Notes: generated from the sequence alone by a model not told the origin. Counted from the stretch's first letter, positions 1 to 12,921 are shown. The stretch: DNA of 64,000 nt from Octopus vulgaris (GCA_951406725.2 OX597817.1:45012001-45076000); one strand, 5' to 3'. Made by a program: numbers and translations.

Positions 1-261
1 TTGATACTTGTATATCTACGGTATTCTGCCAGACCTTCAAGTCTACAATGTGCTTTAATGTCCCTCTGATGTCTACTTGACCGTATCTATCTGTTGATGT
101 GCCTTGATACTTAAGAATCATAATATCTAAATTGTATATCATTGTTTCAAAGTGTTGTCTATAGATAAGTGAAATGATACGAACCCATTTGAGTGAAGTT
201 TTCGTATTGTATGTAAAAGCCTTCATTGTTAAATTTTCCAAAGACACAAGGGGTATTACCT

Positions 262-1141
262 ACAGTTAGAAATCCAGAGAATCTGCCTCTCATGATATGA
301 TTGCCATTACTGGCATTTCCCCTGTTATTGTGTGGCCTTCTAAAAACGTTTTGGATATTTCCGGGTCTGGGGTGTTCGTAATGGATGTACTTTTGGTTCC
401 TTAATGTGGGTTGAAATCTACGGTCGTGGTTTTGAATCGAATTCCTATGTGTTGGGTTGGAGCTACGATTTTGGAATGACTCCTGTGTGGGCTGGGAACT
501 ACGGTGTCAGGTTGTCTTGTGTTGGAGGGTGCCTGGATTCTTTTGGTAAAGATATGTGTTGTCTGTAAGTTCTGTTATTATTGTCAAAGTTTGGTGTGGT
601 GTGTGCTTGAAGTTTTGCGATTTGTTTTGTTTGTTGTAGGTGGGGTGTGTGAGTTTTAATTTTTTTTTCAAATATGGGTTACTTGCATGATGTTCGCTTT
701 TGACAAAGCTATACACGCTTACTCCTATCAAATACAGTATACAAATTCTTTCTGTATAAATAATTATAGAAAATTATGATTTCTGATGAACTTATATTAC
801 AGCCTATTTTGAAAACGTTTATGTAAACTGTTTAAAATCAAAGACTCCTTATCATTTTCTTATCATTGTCAGTGACTCTTTATGATTGTATGTTCATTGG
901 TCTCTGGCAGCTACAAAGCTAGTTCTTTCAGTGCGGATGTTGAGAAAAATTAGGTCATCTACGTGGAGGCAGCATATATTCGATAATTGATCTCTGATAT
1001 GAGAATCAAAGTAAAGGATATTAAAACAAAAATCTCAGCTTATATCGGAATTCCCGTCTGATAAACCTACTTAAAGCTATAACTGAATCCAACCACAGTT
1101 AGAAATCCAGTGAATCTGCTTCTTGTGATATGATTGCCATT
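262..1141 (+). repeat. 47-bp dispersed direct repeat (262-308 and 1095-1141)
   Basis: ACAGTTAGAAATCCAG(A/T)GAATCTGC...TGATATGATTGCCATT occurs twice. Confidence 0.85.
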
Positions 1142-1933
1142 GGTGTATCCGAGAAAATCATTGATCTGCGGGCGTTTGCAGACTACTCATCCAATGGCTG
1201 GATTCTTGCATAAAATGTCATTGCCTCAGTCTACAGGGATCCCAAATGAATCTAATGAGATAGTCAATCTCAGTTTCTAACTAGTTACGCCAGGAACCAT
1301 TAAGCATATAAGATCAGGCACGATAATCGAATTACCGAATTTGCCCTGGTTTACCACCTGACATGCACTCGAAGTAGCTTCCTCAAACCACGACATGATG
1401 AGGAAATTTACCGAATCTGGTGACACGTGAAAGAGGAACATGAAGCAATCAAACCAAAAGTTGGCCGGATGTAGACACGTTTGGAATATAAACAAGAATG
1501 CGGAACACCTTGTAGATCATCATCAGTCTAAATTGGTTATAAATTCTTGCGGTTCAAGTTTATGAAACTAGAGTCACTTTTCTGACTGCTACGTTAAAAC
1601 TATTTATTTTGCTTTCATTGCTAAGTCAAACGTATTTAATTTCACTCTACAATTTTGTTCTTAGCATGTCTCGAAGAAGAGTTTTCGCAAACCCATCGCA
1701 AACAGAGTGAATACTCTGATGGTCTATTCTCTCTTAAGAAATTACTTGCAATGATTTGAGGCGGTCGCATCAGGTGGTATTTTTTTGAACATGCGTTTAA
1801 ACATATTTAAGGTTTTGCTGGGAGTTATTTATCATCAGCAAACGTCTAGGAAGACACATAGCTCTTCAGTACAAATATGTATATACGTACGTATATACAT
1901 ATATATGTATGTATATATATATACGTACGGACG

Positions 1934-2007
<74 letters not shown>

Positions 2008-2244
2008 CACATACATAGATATATGCATACATATATACACATATATATACATGCATACATATATATACACGTATTTATAAGCATACGGGTAAGGTTTGAG
2101 AAAATTTACTGCATAGGGTACCCGGTCTAATAATCATAAATATGGAATTCGAATAATTGTGCATATACTTATATAAATACGTGCGCGCGCACAAACACAC
2201 ACATGCACACATGTATACAGGCACATATGCACACACAAGCACAC

Positions 2245-2285
<41 letters not shown>

Positions 2286-2391
2286 GATATATAGATATAC
2301 ATCATATATATATACATATAGATATATAATTATGCACCATCAGTTTTTAATATATTTGCACGCTCACACACATAAACATATATACATGCAG

Positions 2392-2423
<32 letters not shown>

Positions 2424-2448
2424 ATATACATATATATATATGTGTGTG

Positions 2449-2485
<37 letters not shown>

Positions 2486-2749
2486 CATTGATATTTATAT
2501 TGGCGTATATACAGAGATACACCTATATATATATAAACATTATATTCTTTTACTTTGTGCGCTTGAGCGTGTATATTCACTTCCTATATTTTTCGATCAT
2601 CTGAATACAGTTTTGTATCAATATAGTTCATGTGTGTGTGTGTGTGAACGAATGTGAGTGTGTGTGAGTGTGTGTGATGTGAGCGTGCGTGAGTGTGTCT
2701 GCCTATGCGTTTGTGTATATCTGTGTGCGTGTGCAGAAATACCATGTGT

Positions 2750-3170
<421 letters not shown>

Positions 3171-4176
3171 GTTATGCTTGAACCAATACAGTAAAAACCT
3201 GAAAATCACATGAGCAATAAGAAAAAAAGATATAGACATCTCCCTGTTTCTCATCAATATCATCTCCCACCACCAACATTATCATCAATATATTGCGCAA
3301 AAACAAAAGCAACAATATAACACCAACCTTAACACCAACCAATACTACAACAATAATAACACAACAACAATAACAAAGTAACCATTAGAAAGCAAATACT
3401 AAGTGAAACAACAACAACAACAGCAAAAGCAAGCATAAAGTTATAATAGAAACTTCAGTTGAAGTGCGATGAGCAAACTTGACGCCTTTCTCTCTCTGTG
3501 TATTCAGAATTAAACAAGCAAACTGCTGGTCAGGTTTTCGTTTCACCTCTCCCCGCAGCCCCAGCAATGGCTGCCGCTTTTAATTCTCGCTTCCGGCCTA
3601 ACGAGTTTGCTTTCTTTTAAGATCAACTATCGATCGATTCCTATTGATTTTGGCTGTTGGCTACAGCGGCCATGTCTCTTGCTAGTGGCCTGGAACACTG
3701 GCGTTCCTATTTGTTTACTTTCTCTCTTTTTTTCTATCGTTCTCTATCGTTCTCTCTCTCTGTATATCCGACCCGCCCGCCCGCCATTCCCCCCCTCCGA
3801 CTCCTTTGTTCGTTCTATGTTTACTTTTACCACCAACGTCAACATCGCCAGCATCATCACTATCTTCACTGCTATAACAGCAGCATCTCCACCGCCATCA
3901 TCAACCCCAACCCTCTCCCTCTTCATTTTTGTCGAAGTATCTACAGCCATATTATGTTACTTTCTTTTATCGCTATCACTATCGCACGCACACACGCACA
4001 CACACACACATACATACGCACACACACACACACATATATATGTATATATATATATATGTATATATATATACACATATATACATATATAATTATGTGTGTG
4101 TATCTACATATGTATGTAAGTATGTATGCATATATATACTATATATATATGTACACATACACACGCGTATATATCA

Positions 4177-4218
<42 letters not shown>

Positions 4219-4692
4219 AATATATATATATATATATATACATACATATATACATGTATACATATACATATATATATATATATGTATGTATGTATATATG
4301 TATACACACTGATAAACAACATATTTATAACACACAATCGCATATATACACATACAGAAACACCCATACACGTATATACACGCATACAGATGTATATAAT
4401 ACATATGCATGTATATGCTCATAGGCAAACACTCAGTTTTGTGTCTATTTGTATTTACATTTTAATTCTTTTATTCTTTCGATGCTTAGACTATTGGACT
4501 GCGGCCATATGGAGCATCGCCTTCCAGATTGTCGCTTCACATCACCGCAGTACTTATTTCACTTGCTACTTATTTCATCAGGCTGAATTTTAACGATTAC
4601 CTAAGTTTCAGGCCTGTTACTACATTGGATTTACACGGTGTTCATTCAAACACATATACATACAGTAAAAGCACTTAACAATTCAAACATAT

Positions 4693-4751
<59 letters not shown>

Positions 4752-5935
4752 CATATGTATGTATGTATGTGTGTATGTATTATGTATGTATGCATGGTAT
4801 ATTATTCTACACCAGCTAGAGTAATTGTGATTTCTGCAGACAGCCAGTGAACAGCTCGCTTTTCTTACCATAATTTTTCTTTATTCTCGTTCCGGTCGTT
4901 GCATCAACGTTCTTCGAGTTTCTCTTACGGTTTCTTCCCATGTTTTCTCATTGACCAGCGTCCTGGTTTTTTAAATGCGTATCAGAGTATGCACCGACCT
5001 GAGAGATTGCATGGAGTTATATAACCTGTTATATAAAGCAGCCAAATTATTGTATCTCACCAGCATGTAACTATTGGTAGCTCTGTTTTAAATTTTGCTC
5101 GTGTGTATATAAATATGTGTGTGTGTGTATGTGTGATGTCAGTTGTGAGGACTCCCACAAGGCCTACTGCTAATATGGCATCTGGTACAAACTATTGTAA
5201 TGTCTATTCGTAGGGAACTAAACAAGCACCAGCAACAGACAAATATTGTGAGGAGGAATGCTAGAATCTCGGTAAGACTAGAAGCAAAGCGACGGATAAA
5301 ACAGTGAGTTTTCAAATGCTGTCCAGGAATAATATTGATACTCAAATATTCCGGCTACGTATCAGGATCAGTGGATTTTAAGCATCACATCATTTTACCA
5401 GAATGTCAAACTGATTATAATACCGGATACTTGAGCCTGTGGCTCATATTGACACAAGGCACGTCGGCTCGGTTTGTCTCTTATATTATGTCAGTAGTGT
5501 GGATGGGGCCTATGAAATATCGTGTAAGCCTTATTGGGAGTAAAATCTTGCACAGGCATTACTTTGCCAGTGACTATCATACACATCGAAGGTTCAATAT
5601 CTATAAATTATAAATGATAATGTATTTATACACACAAATGCACATGCTATTTCGTTGATTAGGCCTATCGCCTATCGCAATCTTGTTTTGCATCAAGGAT
5701 TCTGTGGGAAGTAGTTGTCCAAATATGAATTATATGATTATCTACAAAGGAAAACAAAAGTTTCACATAGACGATAGTGTCTGACAAGTGTTTAGTAACT
5801 CTTTGTGAAAAAATATAGTGTAAAAATATACACAAAATAAGCATAAGATCCCCGAAGTTTCTGTTAAATATATTTTTAACGTAAATACTAAATTATGAAC
5901 ATTTAATGCAGGGATTATTTTGTATGTTATGAAAG

Positions 5936-6100
5936 ACGCAGGAGTGGCTGTGTGGTAAGTAGCCTTCATACCAACCACATGGTCCCGGGTTCAGTCCCAT
6001 TGGGTAACACCTTGGGCAAGTGCCTTCTACTATAGCCTCGGGCCGACCTAAGCCTTGTGAGTGGATTTGGTAAACAGAAACTGAAAGAAGCTCGTCGTAT
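5936..6100 (+). mobile_element. SINE family A, 5' half (tRNA-derived head); interrupted by the PLE
   Basis: GCAGGAGTGGCTGTGTGGTAAG...GGGTTCAGTCCCA (A/B-box-like)...CCTTGGGCAAGTG...GAAACTGAAAGAAG; homologous to 17010-17175. Confidence 0.85.
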
Positions 6101-6111
6101 ATATGTATATG

Positions 6112-6142
<31 letters not shown>

Positions 6143-6293
6143 TGAAATGGATAAATGAATTATCTTGTTACGGATTATTCAAAATTTAACCGATACCTGG
6201 GTAGCAAAAATCACAACAGAAAAAGCACGATTGAGGTTACGACCATGGGGAGTCGCAACCGTGCCTTAGTGCAGATAATTGAAGTTTTATATA

Positions 6294-6696
6294 TTTAGTG
6301 AAGGGAAGAAATGGAGCTGAACGAAGATTCTACAAAATTCCTTTTTTATTATTTTCTACATATGTTTCAAAGGCTGCAAATTTCCAAATTCGGATTGAAT
6401 AAGGATAACATTTTGCAGCTTTCTCTTCAGGAAAATCCAGGAATTTAAATCTCCAAACAAATGCGCAGCAAGCTATTCGAACAAAGCGCTCCCTAGGAGC
6501 CCATGGTATGGCACAAAACTGTCTCTCAATGTGCGTTGACGTCAGGGTGGGTGAAGGCCGACGAAAAAGTCCGTTGGAATAAATCGAGGTCAAACTGCGG
6601 TTAAATTTGGTAGGGGAAGAATTACAGAAAACCAAAGGGTGTGAATATATTCTGTATAACTAATGTTAATGAAAGCTATCTTATTTGGGTGTGAGA
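6294..6696 (-). repeat. Left arm of ~403-bp inverted repeat (inverted pLTR)
   Basis: Reverse complement of 8297-8698 with about 5 differences by eye. The twin ORFs 6330-6635(-) and 8358-8876(+) share near-identical translations. Confidence 0.97.
6351..6436 (-). ncRNA. Type I hammerhead ribozyme (minimal, palindromic stem III)
   Basis: Minus strand reads ATTTTC-CTGAAGA-GAAAGCTGCAAA...TTTGCAGCCTTT-GAAAC-ATAT-GTA-GAAAAT. Stem I is 6 bp, stem II about 11 bp, the cleavage triplet is GUA, and ACATATGT is palindromic. Confidence 0.85.
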
Positions 6697-6750
6697 CAAC
6701 ATTCTGTCATGAGGATAGGGCCGGCTACAATAACATAAATAATTTAAGTA

Positions 6751-7168
6751 GTGAGGAATGTCGAAACAAGTACATCTAGAATAAATTTAGGTAACATAAA
6801 TAATTTGCGGTCCAGGGGAGGCCATAGTAAGCCAAAACCTATTATTCAACCTAGAAATACCCACCTTAATGTCAGAGTTGACTCCCCGACCCAGTACAAA
6901 AACAGGAATAAATATATTTGGTTTGTAATTCCCTTTGGTAAACAAATAAGATCTAATCTACCTCTGCAGTTTCGCCAAGCCATTGCCAGTAATTTTCCCA
7001 GAAATTCCAGGTATTACGCCACTGTTAACTCACACGAAGTTAGGATAGCCTTCTCCAACACTAAAAATCTCTCACAGATAATTTCCTCCCATAACAATAA
7101 GCTGCTAAATAAGACCCTCTTACCCTCGTTCGGTGACGCAGCTCCGTCTAATGCCAGAATAACGCGCA

Positions 7169-7205
<37 letters not shown>

Positions 7206-7989
7206 TAATAGAACCGGCACAGAGATTAGCAATCTCCATACCAGCCATGGAGTTAATAATAGGAATAAGGATAGGAGCAATGGTGACGACACTAACGTTA
7301 GTAATGGTAATAGGGATGAGAGCACTGTCCGAGTCATTAATGTAGAGAGTCCCATTAACACTTTTAGCAACGGTTTTGACAATAGTAGCATTACGGACAT
7401 TAGCAATCACAGTGATCTCAGTGTCAGGGAATATACAGGTGATATTCCATTAAATAGTATTGATAATGGGGTGTATAATGTCGAAGACAGCCGCAGTTCT
7501 CACAATCATCATAGTAATAAGAACGCCGTATTAATATCGGAAGCCAATCCCAATAGAATAAGGTTCTTATCTAGTAATTCCAAGATTAAAAATGCCATTT
7601 ACCAATGCAGAGTTTATACTGAATCAGATGTCTACTTGTATATCGGAGCGTCATCATCAAAATTGGCCGTGAGAATATCGAACCACTTCACAACATTTCG
7701 CGATTTTAGAAAACAACACGCGACCGGACTAAGTAAATTAATCTGGCGTTTGAAGAACGCGAATTCAGCATTTAGACTGGAATGGTCGATTTTATCGGTG
7801 TCTGTACCGTTTGATAGAGGCAAAAGAATCTGTAATCTCTGCAACTCTGAACTTTTTCACATTTTGTTCGCCCGAGGGCAGCTAGTTAACGCGATTTTGC
7901 AAAACTCTTTTAGATGTCCCCACTGGAGGCGGCACACATTTTCTTGCATACAATTGAAGCCTAAGATAATTAACACCTTGATGTCCTAA
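6751..7989 (+). CDS. C-terminal part of PLE polyprotein: post-RT segment, Asn-rich linker, GIY-YIG endonuclease (no in-frame ATG at the start, RT core absent)
   Basis: 412-codon stop-free ORF. RNKYIWFVIPFGKQIRSNL...VRIAFSNTKNLSQIISSHNNKLL resembles the PLE post-RT segment (IIWFNPP...SHNKKIL type). NAIYQCRV..YLYIGASSSKLAVRISNH is the GIY-YIG motif. The end reads LSKLIWRLK...LEWSIL...CNLCNSE...LVN...RCPH. Confidence 0.85.
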
Positions 7990-8296
7990 CAAAAGAAAAA
8001 AATTTAAGAAAAAAGTTTTGGAAAAAATTTGGAAAAAAATTTTGAATTAAATTTGTAAGGGGAAATTACTCCCCTTTTAGCGTATGATCTGCTACTTTTT
8101 TTAGAAACAATATCAGGGATTATACTCCCCTTGTTTGACAAGTCATCTGTATATAAACTGGCCACAGACGAACACACAGATACAGGCTTTTATCAGCCGC
8201 TTGACCAGCAATATCTGCAATATATGTTCCCTCTAGCTGCTTCCTAACATACTGCCACACATACATAGGCGCACACACACATACCTGTAGGTAGTT

Positions 8297-8696
8297 TCTC
8301 ACACCCAAATAAGATAGCTTTCATTAACATTAGTTATACAGAATATATTCACACCCTTTGGTTTTCTGTAATTCTTCCCCTACCAAATTTAACCGCAATT
8401 TGACCTCGATTTATTCCAACGGACTTTTTCGTCGGCCTTCACCCACCCTGACGTCAACGCACATTGAGAGACAGTTTTGTGCCATACCATGGACTCCTAG
8501 GGAGCGCTTTGTTCGAATAGCTTGCTGCGCATTTGTTTGGAGATTTAAATTCCTGGATTTTCCTGAAGAGAAAGCTGCAAAATGTTATCCTTATTCAATC
8601 CGAATTTGGAAATTTGCAGCCTTTGAAACATGTGTAGAAAATAATAAAAAGGAATTTTGTATAATCTTCGTTCAGCTCCATTTCTTCCCTTCACTA

Positions 8697-8698
<2 letters not shown>
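8297..8698 (+). repeat. Right arm of inverted repeat (sense pLTR)
   Basis: Matches 6294-6696 in reverse complement and ends at a (TA)n tract. Confidence 0.97.
8557..8642 (+). ncRNA. Type I hammerhead ribozyme in pLTR
   Basis: ATTTTC-CTGAAGA(8563-8569)-stem II-GAAA(8625-8628)C-ATGT-GTA(8634-8636)-GAAAAT. Confidence 0.83.
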
Positions 8699-8742
<44 letters not shown>

Positions 8743-8754
8743 CATATATATATA

Positions 8755-8978
8755 TGTGTGTGTGTGTGTGTGTATGTTTGTGTGTCTGTTTGTCCCCCCA
8801 GCATCGCTTGACAACCGATGCTGGTGTCTTTCGTCCCAGTAACTTAGCGGTTCGGCAAATGACACCGATAAAATAAGTACTAGGCTTTCAAAGAATAAGT
8901 TCTGGGGTCGATTTGCTCGACTATAAAGGCGGTGCTCAAGCATGGCCGCACTCAAATGACTGAAACAAGTAAAAGAAT
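8755..8978 (+). mobile_element. SINE family A, 3' half
   Basis: TTTGTCCCCC..CATCGCTTGACAACCGATGCTGGTG...ATGACTGAAACAAGTAAAAGA; homologous to 17265-17495. Confidence 0.85.
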
Positions 8979-9492
8979 ATAGAATTCTTGAGGAAGTACT
9001 ACTCATTTAAAGAAAAGAATAATAACGATTTTGTGAAAAGCTCCCTGACATAAGAATGTAAAATGGAGCTGTGAAGCTAGCTAAATACCGGGAATCTATA
9101 AATTCGATGCTTGCGAATGATAATTACAGACATTTAACCAAGCGATTATTAGTATGAAATTCTTGGTATGGTGCTATATTCTTCTTGGGTCGTTGATAAT
9201 AAGTTATATATCGAGACATTTCTTTTGAACAAATGTCTATATGGAATACAGATCCATCAATACATCATATATTTATATATTATATACGACTATGTAATAT
9301 ATGTTTGGATAAATATAAATAAATACCCAGACTCTCAGACAAATATTAATGTTTGTCTATATGTCAAGCTATATTTATAGAGAATTTCAGTATTTTAGAA
9401 TTACTCAATAATTTTTATTATATGTTTATTAAATTTTGCAAAAGGAGTGATTATGTGTTCCTATGTCTTGGCATGCTGTCCTTCTTCGGACT

Positions 9493-9532
<40 letters not shown>

Positions 9533-9534
<2 letters not shown>

Positions 9535-9710
9535 AGAGTTTACGAAAATACAAAAGACAATGACAGGTGGTGTACAAAACAAACAGATGTATTAGTATAA
9601 CGCTCAGGAATAGAAAATATCTTTTTTGTTTCGAGCCTACACTCTTCTACAGAAAGGGACACAGAAAAAACAAGGAGAGAAAAAAGTGTGTTTAGTGACT
9701 AACGCTCTAT
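9533..9710 (-). mobile_element. Short TA-flanked element with degenerate HHR-like motif (9621-9656); same family as 59917-60100
   Basis: Shares CAAACAGRTGTATTAGT and TCTTC.ACAGAAA with 59917-60100. Minus strand reads CTTT-CTGTAGA-AGAGTGTAGGCTC-GAAAC-AAA-AAAG. Confidence 0.55.
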
Positions 9711-9743
9711 CTGGGCATTTCGCCGATTTTGTGGTTTTCCAAC

Positions 9744-9788
<45 letters not shown>

Positions 9789-9820
9789 TTGGAAAACCAC
9801 AAAATCGGCGAAGTGCCCAG
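9711..9820. repeat. Near-perfect 110-bp palindrome: 35-bp arms around (TA)n
   Basis: CTGGGCATTTCGCCGATTTTGTGGTTTTCCAACAT (9711-9745) versus its reverse complement at 9786-9820, 1 mismatch. Confidence 0.93.
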
Positions 9821-9981
9821 TGTCCATCACTCACAAAAGGGATTCAAGGTGAGTTACCTCTCAAGTCTATGGCTTTGAAGTATTTTAACAACCGGGTCTT
9901 AGAGAGTATATGTACTACACCACACTATTGCAGCACCGGTAAATACACGAAATATATCCGTTAAATAGATGTAGGTAATAA

Positions 9982-10033
<52 letters not shown>

Positions 10034-10973
10034 TACATACACACGCACACACGCACGAAATATGATATGATGTTAGCGGTCAATATATATATGTATGTGT
10101 GTGTGTGTGTGTGTGTGTGTGAGTGTGTGTGAGTGTGTGTATGTGTGTGTGCATGCGTCTGTGTGTGTGTGTATTTAAATGTATACAATGTCTTTGATCA
10201 CAATCTGTACACTTAGTGCTTTCCTGGGAGTCAGCAACATTAAAAGCGATCGCATTAAAACCTTGTTCTGAAAATAATAGAAGCATAATAGGAAATTAGA
10301 TAATAATGTATTAGAAACTGCATTTGCATTTCACTGCATTTGTGTTCCGCCCTTTGTATTGTTCACTGAGCAGATTTACCATAAAATATGAAAGAATCAA
10401 GGGTTTAAGTCGAATATACTTCATTTAGAGGGAGAGACATTACGTAAATTGTTATCACCTTGGTCGCAACATAAAGAACGGGGAAATTTAATAAAGGAGT
10501 TAGATCAAGTGAGGTTGAAGAATAGAGCGGAATGCAGTGAAATGCAAGAGACGGAGAAAAGGATGCGCATGATAACACAGACGCATATTCGAACAGGTTG
10601 GGAGAGATGACGCGTTTAAATGAATGTTAGAGCGAGTTTACGGGGAAATGAGAAAATTAAGGACTGGTCAGGCTTGTAAAGTTGTAAATGGCTTGTGGGC
10701 AGAGAACGGGTAGGCGGAAATATATAGTTGTGGAATGCGACAGGAGATAAGGAAATGGTGGAAAAGGAAAGAGGAACAACACACACACACACACACACAC
10801 ACATATGTGTATACACAAGCACTGCGTATATACCGTATATATGTAACATTCCATGTACAGGATATGTTCAAAATTGCACAGATTATATAAAATTCCGCAA
10901 AGTGTTCCAAATATGTATGTATGTTTATAAACACATATAGATACAACAGAAACGATAAAATCACACGCCATCA

Positions 10974-11397
10974 GGTGGTGAGCTGGTAGAAACGTTAGCA
11001 CACCGAGAGAAATGCTTAGCGGTATTTCGTCTGCCGCTACGTTCTGAGTTCAAATTCCGCCGAGGTCGACTTCGCCTTTCATCCTTTCGGGGGTCGATTA
11101 AATAAGTACCAGTTACGCACTGGGAGTCGATGTAATCGAGTTCATCTGTTTGTCTGTCCTTGTTTGTCCTCTCTGTGTTTAGCCTCTTGTGGGTAGTAAA
11201 GAAATAGGTATTTCGCCTGCCGCTACGTTCTGAGTTCAAATTCCACCGAGGTCGAGTTTGCCTTTCATCTTTTCGGGGTCGATAAATTAAGTACCTGTTA
11301 CGCATTGGGGTCGATGTAATCGACTTAATCCGTTTGTCTGTCCTTGTTTGTTCCCTCTATGTTTAGCCTCCTGTGGGTAATATAGAAATAAAAAAAC
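10974..11397 (+). mobile_element. SINE family B (tRNA-derived, Nin-domain-like), internally duplicated
   Basis: GGTGGTGAGCTGGTAGAA...GAGTTCAAATTCC...GCCTTTCATCCTTTCGGGGTCGAT..AAGTACCAG, with the body present twice. TSD core ACACGCCATCA at 10963-10973 and 11408-11418. Confidence 0.85.
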
Positions 11398-12361
11398 CCA
11401 TAAAAATACACGCCATCATAATATAACAGAAACTGTTTTCGAGTGTGGACGAAATGATGATAGAAGGCAGAATTTGAGGAAGATTTGAATTGTAATATTT
11501 AGGTTTTAAGGCTTTGTTATATGAAATGAGAACTCAGCAACCTACAGTATTCAATTACTCTAGACACAGGGAAAGTACACACATAGGGTTGTACAAGAGA
11601 GAACTACATGCCTAGAACTCCATATTCTAAACACGCTTGGTCTTTGAATTTATATCGACATCATCAACAGCAACAAAATTAGAAACAGACGATAAATCTG
11701 GTAAATAATCACAAGTCACTCCCTGGCGTTTGAAGAAAGAAAAGTACACTGAACAATGCAGTGCACAAAAAGATAGGAGGGTCATAGGTGAAATATTGAT
11801 AATAGCTTTCCTTGATCAAGGCAGACTTGTGGCTAAACAGCATGAACAATTATGAAGATATCACAACGCTCTGCGCTAAGGTTACGCTGTGGTCAGCTAA
11901 ATGGAATTTTATACAAAGCTCATTCTAATATCCAGATGATAGCGATATGTAAATAAGAAAAAAATATTATGATATTTCTATATTCGAATTCAGTATACTA
12001 TCATCAGACGAGATATGATATGACGTTCGAGGTTAAACTTTTTTGGCAGGAGACAAAGATAAATAACTTATGATGATATATACGAATTATTTACAAATTA
12101 TATGCGAAAATAGCCGATAAAAGAAAAAAGAATATAGATGAAAATAACAATTATATTGATATCTGCTAGAAAGATATCTACTAGATCTCCATTGATATTT
12201 GCATTGTGTCCTTTTGTTTGACCTTTGATATCGTTTTTCCTTCCTCGTATGAACAATGAACAATGAATTAGAGAAAAATTTATCATTGAACATTTGCATG
12301 CACTCTGTAATGTACACACGCATGTATGTATGTGTATGTACATGGAAATACATACATACGT

Positions 12362-12409
<48 letters not shown>

Positions 12410-12519
12410 GTATAATATATATATATATGTGTGTGTGCAAGTGTATATATGTATGTATATATATATATATTTATATATATATATAATACATACACATAGA
12501 CACACACAGACACAAACAG

Positions 12520-12608
<89 letters not shown>

Positions 12609-12857
12609 TATGCGCCCTTTTCAAGCCTAGCCAGGCTCATGGGCTTGGTTTTCCGGTTTCTATGGCGTATATGTCTTTGCTTGCAATAGCTGGTTCTTTT
12701 GGTCAAACTATGGTGTCTCCAGCTGCTTCAGATCCCAAATTATCAAAAACTGTTAAAATGTCGTACAGCTGTTTTGCTATGGAATGGCGAAACTCTTCTT
12801 TCGTTTTCTGAAAAAGCAACGTTTTGAACTTACGAAACTTAAGCACAATAGTAATGA

Positions 12858-12913
<56 letters not shown>

Positions 12914-12921
12914 TTATCTAG

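Larger units (their letters stand above)
6294..8698 (+). mobile_element. Young 5'-truncated Penelope-like retroelement (Naiad-like) with inverted pseudo-LTR
   Basis: The GIY-YIG ORF is followed by a 3' UTR and pLTR (8297-8698). An inverted copy of that pLTR lies at 6294-6696. Both copies carry a hammerhead. The element is flanked by TA sequence and sits inside a SINE. Confidence 0.88.

Noticed and set aside
777-840. CTGATGA...GAAA hammerhead candidates here and at ~1830, 12005, 30837, 46621, 50573, 57175 and 61677
   Set aside because: Each lacks a convincing combination of stem II, GAAA, NUH and stem I.
7014-7410. Leu/Ile-rich 'membrane' ORFs on the minus strand
   Set aside because: Antisense shadows of the Asn-rich PLE linker.
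6330-8876. Twin ORFs MVFCNSSPTK... (6330-6635 minus, 8358-8876 plus) as a duplicated gene, or the cassette as a TIR DNA transposon
   Set aside because: They are chance TTG-start frames in the two IR arms. The enclosed protein is GIY-YIG rather than a DDE transposase, and the arms carry HHRs typical of PLE pLTRs.
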